64,000 bases of DNA from a virus: IMG/VR virus record IMGVR_UViG_3300050010_000483, positions 1 to 64,000 of that record. One strand, 5' to 3'. The translations under genes were made by a program, and so were the position numbers. This document shows, piece by piece, positions 56,795-64,000 of this stretch. Under the pieces are notes generated by a model. It did no database searches. It had not been told where the DNA came from and saw nothing but the letters and a program-made list of their open reading frames with translations. Within the stretch, counting starts at the first letter, position 1, and each line of letters opens with the position of its first letter.

Positions 56795-57976
56795 TTATTT
56801 GAGTTTGATGATTGTATAAAAAGATAAATCTTTCCAAAAGGATGGACAATTAATTATCGGGGAATATTCAAATTCGTTCTGTAGCACCACGGTATTTTCT
56901 CGGGCAGCATGGCTTGCAAAAGCCATTCCTTTTGAAAAAATAAATTTATTTGAACGATAGAACAACTGCGTTCCCTTTGAGAGGATAGATTTGATTTTTT
57001 CTTCATCTGGCACGGGAAGAATATTAATTTTTCCAAGTTCATAGTAGTTGATTTTTTTAACATCAATTTCTTGTTGAGATAGTTCTGTAATCAATAGTAC
57101 GTCAATACCAAGATTTTTCACCTGTTTGACAAACTCTGGTTTATCGTCTTGAGTAATACGATATACCAGCATTCCAATTTTAGATTTGAAATGACGCAAC
57201 AGATTAAGATTAATTGGCTTATCTGTTACTACCATTGACTTACCGAAATAATTCAATTGAGCGGTAAAAATGTTTTCGTCATAGTGAAGATCAACTCGTA
57301 ATTCAACAAGTTCATTTGGATTATTAAGGGCCATACCTGAATCAGGAATCAACTCTCTAATCATTTGACAACTGTAACGTTCACCCGTATAGACTGTTTC
57401 AAAAGCGACAACTTCTTTTAACTCTAATAGGTCTAAAACAGCCTGAGCAATTTCTTCTGGTCTAATGGTATTAATGGATTTTGGATTTTCTTGTGGTGAG
57501 TAAGATGGTTTCTTATTACCAACTCGTTCATATGCTTTGAATAAACGATGCTTTTTTGGATTACCAAAGTGAGGACCAGAAATCTCTGGTGTATTATTAC
57601 TATAAATGGAAACGATAGGCTTGTCATACATCGAAGCCAAATGCACTCCAAAACTATCAGGACCGAAATATAGCAAAGAATTTTTCACGACGTATGCGAA
57701 TTGATGAAGTGATGTCTTTCCACGAAGGTCAACAACCTTCTTGTATGGACGTTCTTTATCCAATCCCGCCTGAACAATAGTGACGCCATGTTTCAACAAA
57801 AATGGATACAAGATGTCAAGAACATCCTGCCAATAGTGATAATTACGACTATCGTATAGAGTCTCCGCCTGAAACGTTATGAACTTTTCAATCGGAAGTG
57901 GAATGTAGGTTTCCAAAATGTGCGGGCGATCAATTTTCGCACCACAATTAACTGCGTAGGTATCAAGTAGCCTCAT
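56795..57976 (-). CDS. Glycosyltransferase family 9-like protein (C-terminal GT-B domain at the N-terminus) plus an unknown domain
   Basis: DLRGKTSLHQFAYVVKNSLLYFGPDSFGVHLASMYDKPIVSIY matches the heptosyltransferase DL.GKTSL...DSG..HLA...P motif. Confidence 0.8.
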   Translation of the reverse strand: MRLLDTYAVNCGAKIDRPHILETYIPLPIEKFITFQAETLYDSRNYHYWQDVLDILYPFLLKHGVTIVQAGLDKERPYKKVVDLRGKTSLHQFAYVVKNSLLYFGPDSFGVHLASMYDKPIVSIYSNNTPEISGPHFGNPKKHRLFKAYERVGNKKPSYSPQENPKSINTIRPEEIAQAVLDLLELKEVVAFETVYTGERYSCQMIRELIPDSGMALNNPNELVELRVDLHYDENIFTAQLNYFGKSMVVTDKPINLNLLRHFKSKIGMLVYRITQDDKPEFVKQVKNLGIDVLLITELSQQEIDVKKINYYELGKINILPVPDEEKIKSILSKGTQLFYRSNKFIFSKGMAFASHAARENTVVLQNEFEYSPIINCPSFWKDLSFYTIIKLK

Positions 57977-57994
57977 AATAAATATTTTTTAAAA

Positions 57995-59941
57995 TTAATG
58001 CAAATCAAAATCAATTTTATCGCATCCTCCATGCAAATATGTCAGCATCCTTTGAGTTTGCACATATGGCTGATAGGCGACATTGAAATATCCAGCATGA
58101 GTGGCATTACCCTCAAGCCAGAGTAAATTATCCATCTGAGGATTATATTCCAACCAGACATCCATATATGGATTACCATCAAGTAGTTCTTTGAACTCTT
58201 TTTTAGTGGCCACATAGAACGTCCAATCAGGATAACGGGCCTTAATGGATTTAAACAATGCAGTCACCAAAAAGATGTCACCAGCAGATTCAGGCTGAAC
58301 CAGAATAACGCGCCCTTTATCATCTTTACGAAGGAGAGATTCAAATGAAACTTGTTGTTGATTTTTTTGATTGTCATCAGTGGCAACCTTGCGAAAATAC
58401 TGTTCAATATCAGAACGCTTTATTCCTTCTTTCAACTTTATCATCCAATACTTGAGGCCCTCATCGTTATCAAAAATATCATTCTTGAGGATATTTTTGT
58501 ACATAAACAGCAACCAAGATTTGTCATCAGACATTTCAGGAATTGAACAGAATGGGTCTTTGAATTCATGGTTCTCAACAAAATAATCATCTTGAGCCAA
58601 GGGGGCCGAATCAATAAAAGCCTCCAAAATAGGACCAAGAACTTCAATAGAAAAGTTATCAAGCACCCATCGACGGGCTTTTTTACCCATTTCTCGACGT
58701 TGGGTGAGTTTCATTTTTTCAACTTTGCCAAGTTGCTTGACAATGCTTGATGGATATGTTGAGGCTTTTATAAACTGGCTGCCAGGTTCACGATACTCAG
58801 CCCAGTCTAATGGCAAAGAACCAGCTTCGTCAACACACATATCTTCGCCGCAACTATAATTGGTTACAAGAGTTATGAGTTCAGTAAGTTTAGCTTCCTG
58901 AATCGGAATCTCTTGGCCACCAGAAGTAAAAGGATGACAGTATACATCCATTAAATTATAAACTTCATTAAGTTCACTTTCATCAATACCAATAGTAGGA
59001 TGAGTAGTGACAAACTGTTTTTCAGCTTTACATGTTGGGCAAATATGTTCTGGACCATTAAAAGCTTTAACCTGATAATTGCGACAGTTTTTACATACAT
59101 AAGTTGTCAGTATTTCATCCATGGGTACATTATGTTCCTTACATAGAGTCGGAATATCCCAACCTTCTGTCCAACAAGTATGTAATAGAAGTCTACTGGT
59201 GATATCTGGATGTTCTTGTTTAAAGATTTTATATCCTTGTAGGAGATTCGGAACAGATTTTCTCAACTGATTACGAAATACAAAACCAACTACAAAAGCG
59301 TGATCTGGAATACCGAACTTAGTTCTGAGCGCTTTTCGTTTCTCGTCCGATAGACGGTGAAATGAATGGGTATCAATTGGACCGCGGACAGTTTTAACAT
59401 GCGTATGTCCAAGTTTATGCAGGGCTTTGGTCGCAAAATCGGCCCAAGACCAATAATTTTGAACTTTTGGGGCAAGATCAACAGCTTTGGTTAGGATTGG
59501 CAATGAATCCAAAGTTGTCCAAAGGACGCTAGGAATTTTTTTAAACCATTTTTTATCAACAGCAAAGTCTATACCCCAAATATCTTGCATTCCTATAAAA
59601 ATATCTGGTTTTTCTTGTTTAACTGCTTGATCGAGAGCAAAAGCCCCGTACCCAGCCATACGTTCAATATCGCCCCAGGAACGTGGGTCGTTTTGGCGTT
59701 TAATTTGTTCCAGTTGTTGGGCGTTAACGGAAGCAATCGTTTTCCATGGCATTCTATCTGTGTCATTTACAATTTGAGTATCAATAGAACCAACGGCAAA
59801 ATTAACAAGATCGTATTTTTTCGTTTTAAATAAGTATTCGAGAATAACCCTATTAACTTTTCCAAAACCAGTGAATGCAAGGGGGTGGTCTGATTGTATG
59901 AACACTTTTTTGCGACGATTTATAATGGGCGTTTCTGACAT
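57995..59941 (-). CDS. GT4-type glycosyltransferase with Zn-ribbon insert, DUF4214-like repeat and a GT9 N-terminal-like domain
   Basis: SDHP..FTGFG, VGFVFRNQLRKS, LNEVYNLMDVYCHPFTSGGQEIPIQEA (GT-B/GT4); CKNC...CPTC; MYKNIL...DEGLKYWM..L..G..RSDI; VQPESAGDIFLVTALFKSIKARYP. Confidence 0.85.
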   Translation of the reverse strand: MSETPIINRRKKVFIQSDHPLAFTGFGKVNRVILEYLFKTKKYDLVNFAVGSIDTQIVNDTDRMPWKTIASVNAQQLEQIKRQNDPRSWGDIERMAGYGAFALDQAVKQEKPDIFIGMQDIWGIDFAVDKKWFKKIPSVLWTTLDSLPILTKAVDLAPKVQNYWSWADFATKALHKLGHTHVKTVRGPIDTHSFHRLSDEKRKALRTKFGIPDHAFVVGFVFRNQLRKSVPNLLQGYKIFKQEHPDITSRLLLHTCWTEGWDIPTLCKEHNVPMDEILTTYVCKNCRNYQVKAFNGPEHICPTCKAEKQFVTTHPTIGIDESELNEVYNLMDVYCHPFTSGGQEIPIQEAKLTELITLVTNYSCGEDMCVDEAGSLPLDWAEYREPGSQFIKASTYPSSIVKQLGKVEKMKLTQRREMGKKARRWVLDNFSIEVLGPILEAFIDSAPLAQDDYFVENHEFKDPFCSIPEMSDDKSWLLFMYKNILKNDIFDNDEGLKYWMIKLKEGIKRSDIEQYFRKVATDDNQKNQQQVSFESLLRKDDKGRVILVQPESAGDIFLVTALFKSIKARYPDWTFYVATKKEFKELLDGNPYMDVWLEYNPQMDNLLWLEGNATHAGYFNVAYQPYVQTQRMLTYLHGGCDKIDFDLH

Positions 59942-59986
59942 ATTTGTTTTATTTTTTTTAAAAAATCTTTTACAATTTTCCTAATT

Positions 59987-60574
59987 TTACAGACCCGTTA
60001 ATTCATCCGTGGAAGATTCAACGGCTATTGCTTCATTGGAGGGGGCTTCGGTAACTCCTAAAAGAGTCTCTTCAGGGCGGGAACCAGCATATTCTTTGGC
60101 GCGATTCAAGTCTCTGGCAAAATGCTCATGCATGACAAAAATTAGAAATTCACGAATTTCACGAGCCTCAGCAAATGTCAAACCAATATAAAACGGGTTA
60201 GTGAAAGTGGTGTCTTGTTTGCTTTTCACTGTAATCGAGAAAGAAAAACCCTTTTGAATTGGATTATCTCCATTGGTTAGCCAGGGTTCAAATTTAATGG
60301 TTTTTGGATTTTCTTCATTATCGTGGAAAGCGGAAAACGGACGTTGGCGTTCGATACAATCGAGAATAGCTGCAGCCTCGACAAAGGCAAGTTTAACGTT
60401 AACTTTCTTGGTTGGGTCGGTCAAAGACCCTTTGAAGGTTCCTGTCTTGGATGCGTCATCCCAACCGTGTTGCTTGATAAGGGTTGCAAAAACGGTATCG
60501 TTCCTGTCAGAATACCAAAATGAGGCAGCGAAACCTTTCAACGATTTAGATGGGTGATATACATGAATAGCCAT
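59987..60574 (-). CDS. Whirly/PC4-fold-like ssDNA-binding protein with acidic tail
   Basis: Two beta-sheet-plus-helix units (…KKVNVKLAFVEAAAIL; FSAFHD…KTIKFEP…GFSFSITV…FYIGLTFAEA) aligned by eye to plant Whirly; acidic C-terminus. Confidence 0.55.
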   Translation of the reverse strand: MAIHVYHPSKSLKGFAASFWYSDRNDTVFATLIKQHGWDDASKTGTFKGSLTDPTKKVNVKLAFVEAAAILDCIERQRPFSAFHDNEENPKTIKFEPWLTNGDNPIQKGFSFSITVKSKQDTTFTNPFYIGLTFAEAREIREFLIFVMHEHFARDLNRAKEYAGSRPEETLLGVTEAPSNEAIAVESSTDELTGL

Positions 60575-60583
60575 AATATAGAA

Positions 60584-60590
60584 GTGTAAT
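60584..60590 (+). promoter_or_regulatory. Putative late promoter GTGTAAT
   Basis: Upstream of the large ORF at 60630. Confidence 0.6.
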
Positions 60591-60592
60591 CA

Positions 60593-60621
60593 ATGATAGG
60601 ATAAACTTGGGCAACCGTCAA
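60593..60621 (-). promoter_or_regulatory. Sigma70-type promoter TTGACG-N17-TATCAT for the minus-strand operon
   Basis: -35 at 60616-60621 and -10 at 60593-60598, an exact 17-nt spacer, an upstream A/T tract, and 18 nt from the -10 to ATG 60574. Confidence 0.7.
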
Positions 60622-60629
60622 GAAAAAAA

Positions 60630-63600
60630 ATGGAAATTACAGGACAACCATACGTTGAGGTTCAGAATAATATTTTAAGCGGCTTCTATTATTTAAATTT
60701 TAATAATGGCATCCAACCAAAATTATATGAATTTTCGAGTCCTGCCTACCCCATTAGCAATTTTAATGCACCTTATGATGCAATACTGCCTGCTCCACAG
60801 GGGTCATTAGGTTTATTAACGGCAGTTGGTAAACGTCTTCGTTCTGACGCAGATTATAGCGAAAGAGCTTCTGATAGGGCGGGTAAACTATATTTTTCAG
60901 ACACAGCAACTTTATATGGAACCTGTCATGGTTTTGGACGAGATTTTTTGACATTTTATACTGGATTTAATTTTTACCAGGCATTCTATCCAGCAGGATA
61001 CTTTTCGCCGCCTTATGGAGAATCACTTTCCATTTTTAAAGCAAATTCCAACAGCGCACAGGCAAATTCCAATGCCACACAAGCTTTGAATAATGGTGCG
61101 TGCAGTAATATTAACATTACCGAATATAATGAAACTTTTGGTATTGTTTCAATTACTGATTCTGATGTGGGAGATGTCACAGACAGTCTCTCTGCAAACA
61201 TGTATGCTCCAATTTATAGTGCGGCAGAGGTTTGTCCCCCACCAATTTCAATTACAAGCTATTATGATGAACTTAATTTTAATCAAATTCAAGGTACTAC
61301 CACTCAACTTGGTGCGGGAACCTTTTACAATGGAAATCCTATTCCTACTTCTCTGGATATATTTAACATCAAGTTAAATAGTAGATACAATATTACTGGG
61401 GCTGGGGATGGACGAATGATAGTTTACTATAAGAATGGTACAAATATCTTTAAGCCACAAGAATCATATTCTGCTTCTAATCAGGAAAACCTGCTGAATA
61501 ATGTTTTATGTTTGGCTGGTATCATGGAGAATAATACATCTGCTGGTGCTGGTACAAATGGGGATCAAATGATTCAGGCTCCTGATCAGAATTTAGGTAA
61601 TGCTGGTAGTCAATCATTCATTAATCAGGGTACAGATACGGCCTGGAATTACTGGCACTTCACTTTTAAAGAAAATGCCGACACGCTTCCATTTTCAAAT
61701 AATTTTAGTGCAATCAATGGTGGTGAACCAGTCTCTGCAACGAATGAGGGGGCCAATGAAGGTACTCAATTATTCCTTCCTGTTCTATCTAGTTCAGATG
61801 CTTATTGGCAAAATCGTCAGTGTCCTGACACTGTTGACTTTCTTCCCTGGACATTTGGCGCATCTATTTATGCGTGCCCATCATATCATTTTGATGTTCC
61901 ATATTATGCTGCGATTAAAAAGTTCGGATTCTACGGTACACGTTTCTTAAACACTTGTAATGCCCTAAATCTTACAAATACATGGAATGGCGTGGCTAAT
62001 GCTATTGAATTACCCGCCAGCACAACGAATGTACCCATTGCTGAAAATCTTGCCGAACCAGCGGGAGTTGATGCCAAGGGGTCATGGTCTTTTGCTGTAT
62101 ATGATAACCTACTAAATACCGCGAAAGCTGAAGAAAGATTCTCAAACATGTTTGCTTTAAACAAAGGATTTTTCCTTTGGGCAAACACGGGTAATTATAC
62201 TTCCGACCCAAACTTTTTGACACTGTCTCAGATCAGTGGATTTGGGGCATCGTTCTCTGCATTAATTGGACAATTTTCCGCCATGTTTACTGGCGGACTA
62301 TCTTCGTTTGTTAGTGGAGTTCCAGCCATTATTGTTCAAAAAGTTCAAGCGGGTAATGGTGTAACTGAACTTGCGTCATCAACTTATGTTGGTAATAGTA
62401 ATAGCTATAATGATTTGATGTTTTCAAATCAACCCTATCAAAACTTTCTTACAAACATAGGTAACTTTTTTCCGACAAGCGGCCTTCCATATCTAAATAT
62501 TTTTGCCAATCAATATGGTTCATTTGTCATGGATCAAAATGGTAATCCCAACGAGTCATTTTATTCAGGCATGATTTCTGGTAGAGAGCAAAGAACTCTC
62601 ACTAGATACATGGAAAATACAGTGCAAGGAAACCCGATTGATTTATTTCCAATCAATCATATTTTGTTTTCCTTTGATTCTGCACGAGAATATCTTGAAA
62701 ATACAGGATGGAACCGTGGTTTGGGTGGATTTGCCAATACTCAACTCCCAGTAATCAATCAAAGATTTTTTGAAGGGGCATATGGAAATGCCAGTCAAAT
62801 TACTGGATTGCTTCAAGTATTGGATTCATTGAATTTTATTGACAATACATCGTTCTATCCAGGATTTTTCAATGACATTACTGTCAACAAAGACATTCCA
62901 ACCCCAAGCTATGTTCCTGTTGTAAGCGGAATTATTCTCGATAATCAGGGAAGAAGTTTCTCTTCCAGCGGATGGCTTGCCTTGGGTTATAACGAGATTG
63001 GAAAACTTGATGGCAATTTTTCTTGTTTCACCCCCATTTTTGTTCAACAACCTTTAGATAATGTATTTACAAAGATTGGACAAGCACCAACTTTGCGTGC
63101 GATGGCGGTTGATTACCACTCTATTCCTGATGATAAAATCACGCCACGTTATCCTGAAATTCTTTATTGGGCATATAATTTAAAACTAGTTGATGATAAA
63201 TTCAACAATCTGTATCCAGTACAATATAAATGGCTGCGCGTACCGATTAGCCAATATGCTGGCTGGTTTATGTCGGGAATCTTGACTGGTGATTATGCCA
63301 GTGTAACTGGCGATTGGTCTTGTCTGGAAAATGGTGGATCAAATTGTACGATCTGTCATCTAAATCAAAGTTCTCCAACGGGAGTTTTGGGGACAACCGA
63401 TCAATATACTTTTTTGAAAGGTGTAAACTATGGAATTGATGACCAATACTACTATATGTGTGTTGCGTCGGGAAGATTTGGTGTTCGTATTAGTGAACCT
63501 ACCACGCTGACAATTGAAAACTGGACAAAATTTGATGTATCACTCAAACTGGGTTTGAATCAAAGTAATATGCCTCTTTCGTTAAATTTCATCATCAATG

Positions 63601-64000
63601 ATGTGAATGGGGAAAATCATAGCATCACATTTGCTCCATTGGAACCAACAGTTGCCTATCAGGGTTATCAAGCTGACCCATATGCAATTCCAGAAGCCGT
63701 TATTGAAGAAAAAGTCCCGCCGCCAAATGCTGGTTATGGAGACGTATCAGCTTTTAAATGTGTTGGACCAATTGGATATGTTGGGGCGACTAGAAGTTAT
63801 CAACCAGATACTTTGGAAGATACTCGTGGTGTTCGTGGGGCATGGGGACGTTTCATTGAATACGGTTCTCTTATTTCATTGGGTAAAGCTCTGAGTCAAT
63901 TGGAGGGCGATCTTCTTTATGGATATCAACATTTGCCCAAATGTGTCAATTATGAGATGCCTTATGGTAATCGTGGTGCCATAGTTTCAGCGCAACTAGG
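60630..64000 (+). CDS. Large virion-type protein (>1120 aa, truncated by the window) with an Ig-like domain
   Basis: ATG 60630 (MEITGQPYVEVQ…) is in frame where spot-checked through to the window end; it is missing from the ORF track because there is no stop. PIFVQQP...GQAPTLR...YKW...YYYMCVASGRFG...SEPTTLTI at about 63030-63520. Confidence 0.8.
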   Translation, partial: MEITGQPYVEVQNNILSGFYYLNFNNGIQPKLYEFSSPAYPISNFNAPYDAILPAPQGSLGLLTAVGKRLRSDADYSERASDRAGKLYFSDTATLYGTCHGFGRDFLTFYTGFNFYQAFYPAGYFSPPYGESLSIFKANSNSAQANSNATQALNNGACSNINITEYNETFGIVSITDSDVGDVTDSLSANMYAPIYSAAEVCPPPISITSYYDELNFNQIQGTTTQLGAGTFYNGNPIPTSLDIFNIKLNSRYNITGAGDGRMIVYYKNGTNIFKPQESYSASNQENLLNNVLCLAGIMENNTSAGAGTNGDQMIQAPDQNLGNAGSQSFINQGTDTAWNYWHFTFKENADTLPFSNNFSAINGGEPVSATNEGANEGTQLFLPVLSSSDAYWQNRQCPDTVDFLPWTFGASIYACPSYHFDVPYYAAIKKFGFYGTRFLNTCNALNLTNTWNGVANAIELPASTTNVPIAENLAEPAGVDAKGSWSFAVYDNLLNTAKAEERFSNMFALNKGFFLWANTGNYTSDPNFLTLSQISGFGASFSALIGQFSAMFTGGLSSFVSGVPAIIVQKVQAGNGVTELASSTYVGNSNSYNDLMFSNQPYQNFLTNIGNFFPTSGLPYLNIFANQYGSFVMDQNGNPNESFYSGMISGREQRTLTRYMENTVQGNPIDLFPINHILFSFDSAREYLENTGWNRGLGGFANTQLPVINQRFFEGAYGNASQITGLLQVLDSLNFIDNTSFYPGFFNDITVNKDIPTPSYVPVVSGIILDNQGRSFSSSGWLALGYNEIGKLDGNFSCFTPIFVQQPLDNVFTKIGQAPTLRAMAVDYHSIPDDKITPRYPEILYWAYNLKLVDDKFNNLYPVQYKWLRVPISQYAGWFMSGILTGDYASVTGDWSCLENGGSNCTICHLNQSSPTGVLGTTDQYTFLKGVNYGIDDQYYYMCVASGRFGVRISEPTTLTIENWTKFDVSLKLGLNQSNMPLSLNFIINDVNGENHSITFAPLEPTVAYQGYQADPYAIPEAVIEEKVPPPNAGYGDVSAFKCVGPIGYVGATRSYQPDTLEDTRGVRGAWGRFIEYGSLISLGKALSQLEGDLLYGYQHLPKCVNYEMPYGNRGAIVSAQL

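Noticed and set aside
60763-63894. Small ORFs listed in the last 3.3 kb
   Set aside because: All are nested in the single long frame starting at 60630.
1-64000. tRNA/rRNA genes, integrase, alternative genetic code
   Set aside because: No cloverleaf or rRNA-like sequence or recombinase motif was recognised, and standard-code ORFs tile the window densely.

Overview
This window is the virion morphogenesis region of a large tailed dsDNA phage, read in the standard code with no cellular housekeeping genes, rRNA, tRNA or CRISPR array. A short non-coding left end carries palindromes and tandem sigma54-like boxes. The + strand then encodes PhoH with a LAGLIDADG intein, a sigma-factor-like protein with a Cys-rich insert, a C2H2-finger/ERCC4 nuclease, an HNH homing endonuclease, the terminase large subunit with a second intein, the portal, a prohead protease/scaffold, the capsid, fibre/adhesin proteins, neck proteins, a tail tube (no sheath seen), chaperones, a 3040-aa tape measure and tail-tip proteins. 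A minus-strand block at 56-60.6 kb encodes a Whirly-like ssDNA-binding protein, two glycosyltransferase genes that appear to share a split GT9 enzyme, and a putative annealing protein. A final ORF of more than 1120 aa runs off the right edge. The main observations are: (1) a recurring GTGTAA(T/A) putative late-promoter motif that may pair with the phage sigma factor, including a copy inside the protease gene and one overlapping an oppositely oriented sigma70 promoter; (2) a tape measure containing AxG(F/Y)(I/V)P-delimited cargo cassettes; (3) the split GT9/GT4 glycosylation module; (4) the Whirly-like SSB. All family assignments come from motif recognition by eye and gene order; no searches were run.
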